Assembly: GCA_902610815.1 (NCBI GenBank)
Contig: CACLXG010000004.1
Coordinates: forward strand, 52,566-116,565
Direction: 5' to 3'
DNA length: 64,000 nucleotides
DNA from: an uncultured Candidatus Actinomarina sp.
GTDB lineage: Bacteria > Actinomycetota > Acidimicrobiia > Actinomarinales > Actinomarinaceae
The notes under the pieces are model-generated. The model saw nothing but the letters and a program-made list of their open reading frames with translations, searched no databases and was not told where the DNA came from. Below, piece by piece: positions 31,625 to 42,522 of this stretch. The stretch's first letter is position 1. Each line of letters opens with the position of its first letter. Position numbers and translations under genes: made by a program.

Positions 31625-32620
31625 ATGATTGAACACGTACTTGATTTAGGTAATCAACTAAAAAAAGAGCTGGAAACTTCAACGGATTTTGTTAATGACT
31701 CATACAATGATTTATTAATTGTTGGTATGGGCGGTTCAGGAGTTGCGGGGGATGTTTTAAAGCTTATTTTAAATGAAACTACTCAAATAAATGTTGAAGT
31801 TAGAAAAGCTTATGGGATTCCAGAAGTAATTGCTGACAGAAGGCCTAAGTGTCTTTTTATTTCTTACTCAGGAAATACTGAAGAAACTGTTGAAGCTGTA
31901 AGTGATGCGATTAAATATAAATTAGATTGGTCAGTAATTTCAAGTGGAGGGCAATTGCTAGAACTAGCAACAGAACATAGACGACCATTTGTTAAAGTCC
32001 CACCAGGACTCCAACCTAGAGCAGCATTTGGATTAATGACAAAAGCTGCAATGCATTATGTTTCTTCTGATATAGATGGAAAATATCTAGAGATGTGTAA
32101 TCAAGCTGGCGACTATTTAAATGAGACTTTAACAAACCAATTAGAAAAAGAGTTATTATCACAAGCTTTACAGATTTCTAAAGAGATAAGCTCAAAGACG
32201 TCTGTAATTTATGGAGGTACACCGTTAACTTATTTAGTTGCTCAACGATGGAAGACACAAATTAACGAAAATGCAAAATCTAAAGCTTTTGTTGGATATA
32301 TGCCTGAGGTGCATCATAATGAAATACTTTCTTGGGAAGCAAACAAAGAAGGTTCCAAAAATAATTATCAGTTATTATTTTTAAGGTCTTCTGAGGAAAA
32401 TTCTCAAATTAGTAAGAGATTTGAATTAACAAAAGAAATTATTGGCGACAAGGTTGATATCTCTGAAATTGAGAATATATCCTCAAAAAATATCATTAGT
32501 AATTTATTTCATTTAACATTATTAGGTGATTTGGTGAGTGTTTATATGGCTGACAATTTGAAAATTGACCCATACGACATCACCTCTATTGAAAAATTAA
32601 AAAAATTATTAAAAGGATAG
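31625..32620 (+). CDS. Bifunctional phosphoglucose/phosphomannose isomerase (SIS)
   Basis: GMGGSG, SYSGNTEET, QPRAA, QINENAK, PEVHHNE. Confidence 0.9.
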   Translation: MIEHVLDLGNQLKKELETSTDFVNDSYNDLLIVGMGGSGVAGDVLKLILNETTQINVEVRKAYGIPEVIADRRPKCLFISYSGNTEETVEAVSDAIKYKLDWSVISSGGQLLELATEHRRPFVKVPPGLQPRAAFGLMTKAAMHYVSSDIDGKYLEMCNQAGDYLNETLTNQLEKELLSQALQISKEISSKTSVIYGGTPLTYLVAQRWKTQINENAKSKAFVGYMPEVHHNEILSWEANKEGSKNNYQLLFLRSSEENSQISKRFELTKEIIGDKVDISEIENISSKNIISNLFHLTLLGDLVSVYMADNLKIDPYDITSIEKLKKLLKG

Positions 32621-32627
32621 ATAAAAC

Positions 32628-33872
32628 ATGTCAACAATTAAAGATTCTAAATTAGCATCAGTTGGAAAAGATGAGGTTAACTGGGCGCAAAGACAAATGC
32701 AAGTATTGGAAGATATAAAACTAGATTTTGAAAAAAGAAAACCATTAGATGGATTGAACATCGGTGCATGTATGCATGTCACTAAAGAAACTGCGAATCT
32801 AATGTTAACTCTACAATCAGCAGGCGCAAATGTCGCTTTGTGTGCGTCTAACCCTCTTTCTACAAAGGACTCGGTAGCAGCTTATCTTAACGATAGTGGT
32901 GTTGAAGTTCATGCAATACATGGTGTAAGTAATGAAGATTTCTTCAAGCATCTTAATTCTGTACTAGATACTAAACCAGACATAACCATGGATGATGGAG
33001 CTGATTTAGTTTCTCTACTTCATACTGACAGAGCTGATTTGCCTGTAATGGGTTCTATGGAGGAAACTACAACGGGAGTGATAAGGCTTAAGTCTATGGA
33101 AAAAAATAATAAGCTAAGATTCCCAGTTGTTGCTGTGAATGATTCAGACACTAAACACCTTTTTGATAACAGATTTGGTACTGGTCAAAGTGCTATGGAT
33201 GGTGTTGTTAGGGCTACAGATTTACTTATCGCAGGACTAAATGTTGTTGTCATTGGATTTGGTGATTGTGGTAAAGGAGTCGCCGAAAGGGCTTACGGTA
33301 TGGGGGCTAAAGTTACAGTTGTTGAACCAAATTCAGTAAGGGCTCTAGAAGCTCTAATGCATGGTTACGAGGTAAAATCTAGTATTAATGCTGCAAAAAT
33401 TGCTGATGTTATAGTGTCAGTTACTGGCAACATGCATGCTTTAGACAAACAGCATTTTGATGTCATGAAAGATGGAGTTGCACTTGCAAATGCTGGTCAT
33501 TTTGATGTTGAGATAAATCTTAAAGCACTTAAGGAGCATAGTTCAAGCGTTGATAGAGTAAGGGACCATGTTCATAGTTATAAATATAATGATAAAGAAA
33601 TCCTAGTTCTTGCTGAAGGAAGGCTAGTAAACTTGGCTGCTGCAACTGGACACCCTGCATCAGTTATGGATATGTCTTTTGCTAATCAGGCTCTTGCAGC
33701 TGAGTGGATAAAAGACAACTATAAAACTCTTGAACCAAAAGTATATACATTACCTGAAGAAGTGGATTTAAAGATAGCGGCAACTAAATTGGGACTCATG
33801 GGTGGTGAGTTAGAGGTCCTTACTGAGGAACAAATTAAATATCTTGACTCATGGGAGCACGGCACTAGCTAA
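32628..33872 (+). CDS. ahcY: Adenosylhomocysteinase
   Basis: SNPLST, EETTTG, KHLFDNRFGTGQS, GRLVNL, GHP. Confidence 0.95.
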   Translation: MSTIKDSKLASVGKDEVNWAQRQMQVLEDIKLDFEKRKPLDGLNIGACMHVTKETANLMLTLQSAGANVALCASNPLSTKDSVAAYLNDSGVEVHAIHGVSNEDFFKHLNSVLDTKPDITMDDGADLVSLLHTDRADLPVMGSMEETTTGVIRLKSMEKNNKLRFPVVAVNDSDTKHLFDNRFGTGQSAMDGVVRATDLLIAGLNVVVIGFGDCGKGVAERAYGMGAKVTVVEPNSVRALEALMHGYEVKSSINAAKIADVIVSVTGNMHALDKQHFDVMKDGVALANAGHFDVEINLKALKEHSSSVDRVRDHVHSYKYNDKEILVLAEGRLVNLAAATGHPASVMDMSFANQALAAEWIKDNYKTLEPKVYTLPEEVDLKIAATKLGLMGGELEVLTEEQIKYLDSWEHGTS

Positions 33873-33874
33873 GT

Positions 33875-36472
33875 TTGAGTATATTTAAAAAAGTCTTATC
33901 TGTTGGAAGTGGAAAGCTTGCTTCAGAGTTAAACAATGTTGTTCAAGCCATCAATGATAAAGAAAAAGAATTTGAATTATTTTCAGATGAAGAAATCAAG
34001 ATAAACTTTCAAGATTTATCAAAAAAACTAAATGGTGATCCTCAAAGTATAGAAGTTGAGGCTTTTGCTTATATTAGAGAAGCTGCAAAAAGAACACTTA
34101 GACAAAGACATTATGATGTTCAGCTTTTTGGTGGATTGGTCTTACTAAGAAATAAAATAGCCGAAATGAAAACAGGAGAAGGAAAAACTTTAGTTTCAAC
34201 ATTACCCATTTCTTTAATGGCATTATTTAAAAAAGGAGTACATGTTGTTACTGTTAACGAGTACTTAGCAAAGAGAGATGCTGAGTGGATGAGCCCAATT
34301 TATAATTTTCTGGGACTTGAGGTAGGGTTAATCCACTCAAACCAAGATCCTGTAGAAAAAAATCAAGCTTACAAAAAAGATATTACTTATGGAACTAATA
34401 ATGAATTTGGATTTGATTACTTAAGGGATAATATGGCTATTTCTGGTGAACAACTTGTTCAAGGAGAGTTATTTTACAGTGTTATTGATGAAGTTGACTC
34501 AATTTTGGTCGATGAAGCAAGAACTCCTTTAATTATCTCTGGTAAAGTTAGTGATTCTACAAAGTGGTATTCAGAATTTACAAAAATTATAAAGGGAATG
34601 AAAAGAGATATTCATTATGAAATTGATGAAGCTAAAAGGCAAGTACATACAACCGAACTTGGAGTGGAGTACGTTGAGTCAAAGCTAGGAATTCCCAATC
34701 TTTATGAAAATACCAAAACAAATTTTATTCATTATTTAACAGCAACTTTAAGAGCTAAGACAATTTTTGTAAAAGATGTTGATTACATCGTCGCAGATGG
34801 ACAGATAAAAATTGTTGATGAATTCACAGGAAGGGTACTCGAGGGAAGAAGATATTCGGATGGCCTTCATCAGGCACTAGAAGCTAAGGAAAATGTAAAA
34901 ATACAAGATGAAAACCAAACTCTAGCATCTATAACTTATCAAAACTATTTCAGAATGTACGAAAACCTAGCTGGAATGACTGGTACTGCAAAAACCGAAG
35001 AGGAAGAATTTGTTCAAATATACAATTTAGAAGTAGTTGAAATACCAACAAATCTTCCAATACAGAGAGCAGATCAGCAAGATGCAGTTTACAAAACCAA
35101 TAAAGCAAAATTAGAAGCTGTAATTGAAGATATAAAACATAGAAATCAAAATGGACAACCAATATTACTTGGTACAGTATCAGTTGAAGCATCAGAAGAA
35201 ATTTCAAAGTTATTAACTTCTAAAGGTATTGTTCATAATGTCCTGAATGCAAAAAATCATGAACAAGAGGCCAATATTATTGCTCAAGCGGGAAAGTTGG
35301 GTGCTGTAACAGTAGCAACAAACATGGCAGGAAGAGGAGTAGATATAAAGCTTGGTGGTAATGCAGAAGAGATGGCACTACAGCTCCAAATGAATGAAAA
35401 CGAGCTAGATAATCCAAATTATCTAAAATCTAAAATTTTAGAACTTGAAGAAATTGTAGAAGAAGAAAAAGAAAAGGTCCTATCCCTTGGAGGTCTTTAT
35501 GTTCTTGGAACGGAAAGACACGAATCAAGAAGAATTGATAATCAGTTGAGAGGTAGGTCTGGCAGGCAAGGGGATCCGGGTGAATCTAGATTTTATATTT
35601 CCTTACAAGATGAGCTTATGCGTAGATTTCAAGGTGAAAGAATTGAATCAATAATGGATAAACTGAATTTACCTGACGAAGAAAGAATTGAGCAATCAAT
35701 GGTCACTAAAAGCATTGAAAGAGCACAAGCTCAAGTTGAGTCATTAAATTTTGAAATAAGAAAAAATGTATTAAAGTTCGACCAAGTTTTAAATCAGCAA
35801 AGAGATGTTATATATAAATGGCGAAGAGAGTTGCTCCGCTCTGAAAATATTAATGACTTAATAGAAGACTGGTTATCAGATGTGTTAGATACAGTTGAAA
35901 ACAACATTGATTCTTATAAAAAGAGCTATGAAAATCTTGAACAATTTAATGAACTTGTTGAAAACGAGTTAGGCGAACTCTTAAGTGATTCAGTAAGAAG
36001 TAAATTTCTCAAAAATTTACAAATAAATGATGATTTGGATATATATAAAGATCTAGAAAGTCTTTTTAATGAAAACGAAAAACAGGATAGAGATAACTTT
36101 TGGAATCTTGCAAGAGGTTCAGCACTTTCATTTATTGACCAGTCATGGAAAGATCATCTATCTGAAATGGATTATCTACGATCAGGCATAGGCTTGAGAG
36201 CAATGGGGCAAAGAGATCCGTTAGTTGAGTATCAAAATGAAGGATATGACCTTTTTGAAGAATTGATTAATAACGTAAAGTTTTCAGTAATTAGGATTTT
36301 ATTAAATTTTGATAAAACTTTGGTTGTTCGAAAAGAAAAAAATATTGATGATAATGTAAAAGAAAAGGTAATTACAAAAGATAAAATAGGTAGAAATGAT
36401 TCTTGTTATTGTGGTTCGGGAAAAAAATATAAAAAATGTGGATTGGTTGATAAATGTATAAAGAAATCCTAA
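33875..36472 (+). CDS. secA: Preprotein translocase SecA
   Basis: MKTGEGKT, DEVDS.LVDEARTP, RGRSGRQGDPG, SEC-C-like tail. Confidence 0.97.
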   Translation: MSIFKKVLSVGSGKLASELNNVVQAINDKEKEFELFSDEEIKINFQDLSKKLNGDPQSIEVEAFAYIREAAKRTLRQRHYDVQLFGGLVLLRNKIAEMKTGEGKTLVSTLPISLMALFKKGVHVVTVNEYLAKRDAEWMSPIYNFLGLEVGLIHSNQDPVEKNQAYKKDITYGTNNEFGFDYLRDNMAISGEQLVQGELFYSVIDEVDSILVDEARTPLIISGKVSDSTKWYSEFTKIIKGMKRDIHYEIDEAKRQVHTTELGVEYVESKLGIPNLYENTKTNFIHYLTATLRAKTIFVKDVDYIVADGQIKIVDEFTGRVLEGRRYSDGLHQALEAKENVKIQDENQTLASITYQNYFRMYENLAGMTGTAKTEEEEFVQIYNLEVVEIPTNLPIQRADQQDAVYKTNKAKLEAVIEDIKHRNQNGQPILLGTVSVEASEEISKLLTSKGIVHNVLNAKNHEQEANIIAQAGKLGAVTVATNMAGRGVDIKLGGNAEEMALQLQMNENELDNPNYLKSKILELEEIVEEEKEKVLSLGGLYVLGTERHESRRIDNQLRGRSGRQGDPGESRFYISLQDELMRRFQGERIESIMDKLNLPDEERIEQSMVTKSIERAQAQVESLNFEIRKNVLKFDQVLNQQRDVIYKWRRELLRSENINDLIEDWLSDVLDTVENNIDSYKKSYENLEQFNELVENELGELLSDSVRSKFLKNLQINDDLDIYKDLESLFNENEKQDRDNFWNLARGSALSFIDQSWKDHLSEMDYLRSGIGLRAMGQRDPLVEYQNEGYDLFEELINNVKFSVIRILLNFDKTLVVRKEKNIDDNVKEKVITKDKIGRNDSCYCGSGKKYKKCGLVDKCIKKS

Positions 36473-37558
36473 AAAAAATATCTTTATTTAACGAACGCCT
36501 TGCTTCTGCCAAGGAGTATCTTTGACTTTGAAAATAAATTAAAAAAGTTAAAAGATTTAAACATTGAAATAAATGATAAAGACTTTTGGAACAACCCTCA
36601 ACATGCACAAAAAGTATCTATAGAAGCTTCTACGATAGAAAAATTGATTTCTTCTCTAGAAAATTTAGAAACAAACTTAGCAGACATTAAAGAATTAATA
36701 GAAATTACTGGTGAAGATAATTTAAATGAAAATGATTTTTTAGAAGAAATAAATAACTTTGAAAAAATGATAGAGGAGATTGAGAATGAAGCACTATATT
36801 TTGGAGAATATGACGATTTAAATGCTGTGATAACAATTAATGCTGGCGCTGGTGGGGTTGATGCACACGATTGGGCGGAAATGTTATTTAGAATGTATAC
36901 TAGATTTTTATCTAGTCAAGATATGAAATATCAAATTGAAGAAATTTCACAAGGTGAAGAAGCCGGGATAAAATCAGTCTCCTTGAGAGTAGATTCATAC
37001 AGAGCTTATGCAACTTTAGAAAGCGAAAGAGGGGTGCATAGACTTGTCAGAATCAGCCCCTTTGACAGTAATAAAAGAAGGCATACCAGTTTTGCAGGTG
37101 TAGATGTTGTACCACTAATCGAACATAATGAAGAAATAGTAATTCAAGATGATGAAATAAGGGTAGATGTATACAGATCATCGGGTGCTGGTGGTCAGCA
37201 TGTGAACACAACTGATTCTGCAGTTAGAATAACACACATTGAATCCGGTATAGTAGTTGCTTGCCAAGCTGAAAGATCGCAACTGCAAAACAAAAATAGA
37301 GCCCTTGAATTATTAAAGACAAAACTAATTCTCAAGCAAAAAGAAGAAGAACTTCTTAAAATTAATAATATTAGAGGAGATCAACATGAGGCTGGTTGGG
37401 GTCGACAAATTAGATCGTATGTATTGCAACCCTATCAACAAGTGAAAGACGCTAGGGGTAATATTGAAGTAGGAAATGTCGAGAATGTTCTTGATGGTGA
37501 TATTTCCGTATTTATTAAGGAGTATCTAAAATGGCGAAGACAGGGAATAAATGATTAG
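36454..37558 (+). CDS. prfB: Peptide chain release factor 2, translated through a +1 programmed frameshift
   Basis: Frame 0 MYKEILKKISLFNERLASAKEYL then TGA; +1 frame DFENK...; SPF and GGQ motifs. Confidence 0.95.
36512..36526 (+). promoter_or_regulatory. prfB frameshift cassette AGGAG-TAT-CTT-TGA-C
   Basis: Internal SD 3 nt before CTTTGAC, the canonical RF2 autoregulatory site. Confidence 0.93.
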
Positions 37559-38234
37559 TTTAAAAAATGTTTCTTTAGTTTTTCAGGGTGGAAGTGTAGC
37601 TATATCCAATATTTCAACACAAATAGAGGATGGCGAATTTGTATATTTAGTTGGACATTCTGGTAGTGGAAAATCATCATTTTTAAAGTTGCTATATAAA
37701 GAATATATTGCAACAAAGGGTGAAATAGAAGTCGCAAATATAGATGTCTCAAAATTACCAAAATGGAAAATACCTTTACTAAGAAGAAAAATAGGGATTG
37801 TTACACAAGAGCCGCAATTACTTGAAAACAGAAATACTTCAGAAAACATAGCCTTTGCTTTGGAGGTAATGGGAAGCCTTCCTGAAGAAATAGAGGCAAA
37901 AACAAATACACTTTTAGACTTAGTAGAGCTAAACGAAAATGCATACAAGTACCCTGGGCAATTGTCTGGTGGAGAGGCAACAAGGGTTAGCATAGCACGA
38001 GCATTAGCAAATAATCCGGTTGTTCTATTATGTGATGAGCCTACAGGGAATTTAGATCCAGATCTTAGCATTCAGATAGTTTCATTATTAGAAAAGATTA
38101 ACAGAGCTGGTACAACAGTAATTATGGCTACACACGATTCCTCAATTGTTAACAGAAGAAAGAAGAGGGTAATAGAACTTAATGAAGGAAAAATTACTCG
38201 AGATGAATTAGATGGAAGCTATATAGTAAGGTAA
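37551..38234 (+). CDS. ftsE: Cell division ATP-binding protein FtsE
   Basis: GHSGSGKS, LSGGE, DEPTGNLDP; upstream of ftsX. Confidence 0.92.
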   Translation: MISLKNVSLVFQGGSVAISNISTQIEDGEFVYLVGHSGSGKSSFLKLLYKEYIATKGEIEVANIDVSKLPKWKIPLLRRKIGIVTQEPQLLENRNTSENIAFALEVMGSLPEEIEAKTNTLLDLVELNENAYKYPGQLSGGEATRVSIARALANNPVVLLCDEPTGNLDPDLSIQIVSLLEKINRAGTTVIMATHDSSIVNRRKKRVIELNEGKITRDELDGSYIVR

Positions 38235-38236
38235 TC

Positions 38237-39112
38237 ATGAATAAATTTTCATATGTCATAAAAAACACATTATTAAACATGCGAAGAACCCCTCTTTTAG
38301 TATTTGCAACAATTATTGCTGTACTTGTATCTAGCTTTCTAGTATTTACTACTCTTTCAGCACGTTCTATTGTAGAAAATAATACACTTCGTTGGCAAAA
38401 TGGTGTCCATGTTGTTGTTTTTCTTGATGACAGAGTTACAACTACTGCTCACAAACAACTTGAAGAATCTCTTGAAAGTTATCCTGAAGTGAGAACAGTT
38501 GAATACTTTTCAAAATCTGAAGCTGAAGAGGAGTTTAAAACTTTATTTAGAGATCAGCCAGAACTTCTTGCAGAAGTTGATTATGAAATCCTACCCTCAT
38601 CTTTAAGAATTAATTTAAATGATCCATCTGACTATACATTAATTATCAATAGACTTGACGGCAATCCTGCAGTAAAGGAAATTAGAACATCTGGCGAAGC
38701 TATTGAAAGGCTATTGAGTTTAACTGACACTTTGGTGATTTCAGCTTCTGCCTTCGCTTTCTTAATTGGATTTGCTGCTTTTATTTTGATTATCAATACA
38801 TTACGACTTGCTGCGTATTCAAAGAAAAAAGAAATTAAAATAATGAGACTCATTGGTGCTTCATCAACATATATAAGGCTACCATTTATTTTTGAAGCAG
38901 TAATTGAGTCATTAATTGGAACAAGCATTGCAGTTGGATTTGGTTGGGCTGTAATTGAGTACTCCAAAAATTCAATAGTTGCTGAAAGTATTTTTGACAT
39001 TAATATATCTGATGATTACTTAATTTTTTTAACATTATCTTTACTCATGTTTTCACTAGTTTTTGGATTATTTGCATCGTTTGTTGGAATAAGAAAAGCA
39101 CTAAATGATTAA
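38237..39112 (+). CDS. ftsX: Cell division permease FtsX
   Basis: EIKIMRLIGAS..YIRLPF; 4-TM topology. Confidence 0.9.
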   Translation: MNKFSYVIKNTLLNMRRTPLLVFATIIAVLVSSFLVFTTLSARSIVENNTLRWQNGVHVVVFLDDRVTTTAHKQLEESLESYPEVRTVEYFSKSEAEEEFKTLFRDQPELLAEVDYEILPSSLRINLNDPSDYTLIINRLDGNPAVKEIRTSGEAIERLLSLTDTLVISASAFAFLIGFAAFILIINTLRLAAYSKKKEIKIMRLIGASSTYIRLPFIFEAVIESLIGTSIAVGFGWAVIEYSKNSIVAESIFDINISDDYLIFLTLSLLMFSLVFGLFASFVGIRKALND

Positions 39113-40478
39113 AAAAATAACTATATTATTTACGATTATATTTTTCATAACATCTTTTTTATTACCTGATAATTTAAGCGCTATAACTGCTGAAGATAGA
39201 TTAATTGAGGTGGAAAGACAACTTCAAGCAATTGCTGAACAAATTAGTAAGTACGAAGGTGAAAGAACTGATCTTGAGAAAGCAATTTTAGCAAACGACA
39301 AAGACCTTGCCCAAGTAAACAGTGAATTAGCTGAGGTACAAAGTAGATTAGTAGTTGTTGAGAAGGAATTAAATAAAGCTTTAGAAAACTATGACTTTGC
39401 TCTAAATGATCTTGCCGCAGTACAAGAAACTATTGTTCAAGAGCAAATAAAGTTAGGGAAAATAAAAAATGAGATCTCAGATGTTTCAGATGAATTGTTT
39501 GAAACTCAAAAAACTCTTATTATTGCTGATGAAAAACTTCAAGAGCAAGCAGTAAGCCTTTACATTAATGGAGTTATGAGCCCCTCAACTGCACTATTTA
39601 TTGAACTAAATGAACTTTCAAATTTTTTAGTTGCTTTAGGTTATGCATCTACAATAGTTGATTCCGCATATGCAATAATTGAGCAATTGAATGCATTAGG
39701 AACTCTTGCAACAAGTCAAACAGAATTCTTAACTGCACGTGAAGATGAGCGTGTAGAGATTGTTACAAACTTGCAAAATGAAGAAGAAAGAAAAAACGAA
39801 ATTTCTATTGAAGCTGAAGAATTTGCTGATCAAATTGAAGAGAAAAAGGAAGCAGTTGAACGTGAAAAGCGATTGGTAGAATCTAAAAAAGCCCAAGTTT
39901 TAAGAGCTAGAAAAGATGCTCAAAATCTGTTAAGCCAAGCCAATAAAGAACTCGAAAAATTAGACAAAGAGCATGCTGATCTGGAAAAACTTGAAGATGC
40001 TATACAAGCTGATATTGCAAGATTGAGTAGCTCTGGAGGTGTTGCGCCAAGTACACTTTCATGGCCAGTTACAACGGGCTACGTTTCTAGTGGGTATAAG
40101 TGGAGAAGATTAGGTGGTACTACTAGTTTCCACGGAGCTATTGATATAGCTGCAGCCAGAGGTACACCAATTAAGGCAGCAGGAGCTGGCGTTGTAATTC
40201 TTGCAAGATATTATGGGCTTGCGGGTAGAACAGTTTTCATAGATCATGGAGGTGGATTAACAACTTTATATTTTCATATGGACAAAATATTAGTAAATGT
40301 TGGTCAAACTGTTTTCACTGGAGATCAAATTGGAACTGTGGGCAATACTGGTCGATCCACTGGCCCACACTTGCATTTTGAAACAAGATTAAGAAATCCT
40401 AGTGCAGCAAACTGTTCCTTGCCTTATCTAGATCCGACCTCTCGTGGTAGAGTAAATCCATATTGCTTTTTAGATTAA
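39105..40478 (+). CDS. Coiled-coil + M23 peptidase domain protein (FtsEX partner)
   Basis: Signal peptide, long coiled coil, HGAID and HLH zinc motifs. Confidence 0.88.
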   Translation: MIKKITILFTIIFFITSFLLPDNLSAITAEDRLIEVERQLQAIAEQISKYEGERTDLEKAILANDKDLAQVNSELAEVQSRLVVVEKELNKALENYDFALNDLAAVQETIVQEQIKLGKIKNEISDVSDELFETQKTLIIADEKLQEQAVSLYINGVMSPSTALFIELNELSNFLVALGYASTIVDSAYAIIEQLNALGTLATSQTEFLTAREDERVEIVTNLQNEEERKNEISIEAEEFADQIEEKKEAVEREKRLVESKKAQVLRARKDAQNLLSQANKELEKLDKEHADLEKLEDAIQADIARLSSSGGVAPSTLSWPVTTGYVSSGYKWRRLGGTTSFHGAIDIAAARGTPIKAAGAGVVILARYYGLAGRTVFIDHGGGLTTLYFHMDKILVNVGQTVFTGDQIGTVGNTGRSTGPHLHFETRLRNPSAANCSLPYLDPTSRGRVNPYCFLD

Positions 40479-40909
40479 TGAAAGTGTTTGCCGAAAATCG
40501 AAAAGCAAGAAACTCATATGAGTTTTTAGATTTCTATGAAGCTGGGGTTGTTCTTTCAGGATCTGAAACAAAAAGTGTACGAAGTGGTGGCGTTTCTATA
40601 GTTGATGCTTTTGCAAGTATTGATAAAGAAGAGGCATATATTATGGAGATGAATATTGAACCATACAAATATTCTGATAATACAGATTACAATCCAAAGT
40701 CACAAAGAAAACTTCTTTTACATAAAGGAGAGATTAAAAAACTTATCGGACTTTTGTCTCAAAAAGGTTACACATTAATTGCAACTAAGGTATTTGAAAA
40801 AAATGGATATATAAAAATAGAACTGGCTTTAGCTAAAGGTAAAAAAGATTATGACAAAAGAAAGAAAATTCTAAATAAAGAACACTCAAAAGAAATTAAG
40901 AATTATTAA
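40478..40909 (+). CDS. smpB: SsrA-binding protein
   Basis: NRKAR, EAGVVLSGSETKS, RKLLLHK, GKKDYDKR; ATG overlaps upstream TAA. Confidence 0.95.
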   Translation: MKVFAENRKARNSYEFLDFYEAGVVLSGSETKSVRSGGVSIVDAFASIDKEEAYIMEMNIEPYKYSDNTDYNPKSQRKLLLHKGEIKKLIGLLSQKGYTLIATKVFEKNGYIKIELALAKGKKDYDKRKKILNKEHSKEIKNY

Positions 40910-42425
40910 AGGCTTTTTCTGTACCAACTCTGACATCAGGCACACCAACAAAATTTCCATCAGAATTCTTATAAATTGTTGAAATTGGACCATATCCAGC
41001 TATAAGTTTGTTTTCAATTGAAATTTTATGCCCCTTGTTTTCTAGTGAAGATACTTCAGGTTCCTCTATGAATTCAAACTTAATATTTGAGGAAGTATCA
41101 GACCCAAAATACTCTATCGTCCATCTGGGTTTTTTCATTATCTCTTCAAAACTACTTTCTTCAAGAATATAGGGAAGAATGGTTTGAGCAAGCAACTGAG
41201 GTTGATAACGCCCCCCTCTAGTTCCAGTAATAAAATCTAATAAACCATCTTTAGACCATATTGTTGGGGATAAAGTATGTAGAGGCTTTTTGTTAGGACC
41301 TAAGCTATTTGGGTGACCTTTAATTAGATTGAATCCACACCCTCTGTTGTGAAGAAAAAACCCATAATTTCCCACTCCAATTCTGCTACCAATGCCGTAA
41401 AAGTTTGACTGAATTAATGAAATACCTAGTCCATTCTGATCAACTGCATTCATGTAAGCAGTCCCTCCTCCATGAGGGTTTGGAAAATTATATTTTCCAG
41501 CAGATTGCTTGTCAAATAGGCTCATTTTATCTCTAATATATACATCATTAGTTCCTAAAAAGTTCTTATCATTTCCTTGGTAGTCAAATGTAATATTGTC
41601 CCTATCTGATGCACAAATTCTATAAGACTCAATTAATGTGTGAAGATAGTCATCTTTATTATTAATCATTTCAAAACCTTTTAAAGTGCTTAATGTTAAA
41701 TATCCCTGTGTACTCGGAGGACTAGTCCAACCATCGTATCCATAAATTTTTTGATGCAACGGTTCTCTCCATATTGCTTTATAGCTTGATAAGTCTTCTT
41801 CAGTTAGAAAACCGTTTACGGATTTAGATATCTCTTTGGCAATTTCACCATTATAAAAATATTCAAGCCCATGGTCTTTCAATAACTCAAGAGTCTTCCC
41901 TAGTTGAGGGCGTCTAATTAATGTATCAACACTATAGGGTTGATTATCTCTATAGAATGAATATCCCGATTTTTGTCCACTTAATTCATTGCCGTGAATA
42001 TTTAACGAATTAAATAACTCTTTGCTTACTTTAAATCCCTCATGACAGAGGTTTATTCCAATATCTAGAATATCTTCAATAGGAATAGTTCCATACTTAT
42101 TACTTAATTCGCTCCATCCTGAAACAGCACCTGGAACAGTTACTGATAAAGAGTGATTTAAAGGTATGCTTTCATAATTTGATAGTAAGCCCTGGTCAAC
42201 ATTGCTACCTGAATAACCAGATGCATCGAGAAATTCTGGTTTACTTTTACCTGGAACCCAAATAAGTGCGAATAAATCTCCTCCAATACCACAAGTCTCT
42301 GGTGCAACTATTCCTTGGACAAGATTAGTCAATATTGCTGCATCTACAGCATTACCACCCTTATTAAAAATTGTTGAACCAAGTTCTGTTGATAAATAAT
42401 GCGGAGAAACAATTACGTTGTTCAT
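40896..42425 (-). CDS. ggt: Gamma-glutamyltransferase family protein
   Basis: GGNAVDAA, GIGGDLF, VTVPGAV, nucleophile Thr in GGTAY, PLHTLSP. Confidence 0.88.
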   Translation of the reverse strand: MNNVIVSPHYLSTELGSTIFNKGGNAVDAAILTNLVQGIVAPETCGIGGDLFALIWVPGKSKPEFLDASGYSGSNVDQGLLSNYESIPLNHSLSVTVPGAVSGWSELSNKYGTIPIEDILDIGINLCHEGFKVSKELFNSLNIHGNELSGQKSGYSFYRDNQPYSVDTLIRRPQLGKTLELLKDHGLEYFYNGEIAKEISKSVNGFLTEEDLSSYKAIWREPLHQKIYGYDGWTSPPSTQGYLTLSTLKGFEMINNKDDYLHTLIESYRICASDRDNITFDYQGNDKNFLGTNDVYIRDKMSLFDKQSAGKYNFPNPHGGGTAYMNAVDQNGLGISLIQSNFYGIGSRIGVGNYGFFLHNRGCGFNLIKGHPNSLGPNKKPLHTLSPTIWSKDGLLDFITGTRGGRYQPQLLAQTILPYILEESSFEEIMKKPRWTIEYFGSDTSSNIKFEFIEEPEVSSLENKGHKISIENKLIAGYGPISTIYKNSDGNFVGVPDVRVGTEKAFNNS

Positions 42426-42522
42426 GTTTTCAATTATAAAGAAAAATTTTAATTTATTTATCTCAGAAAGTTACTTGTATAAATCGAAAGGTTATAAAAT
42501 AAGTAAGCAATTAAGGAGTTAA

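Noticed and set aside
36380-36472. SecA C-terminal metal site CYC...CG lacking the usual His
   Set aside because: A later Cys could substitute and SEC-C variation is common; too minor
40838-40909. Slightly short SmpB C-terminal tail
   Set aside because: DKR motif retained; length is within plausible natural variation
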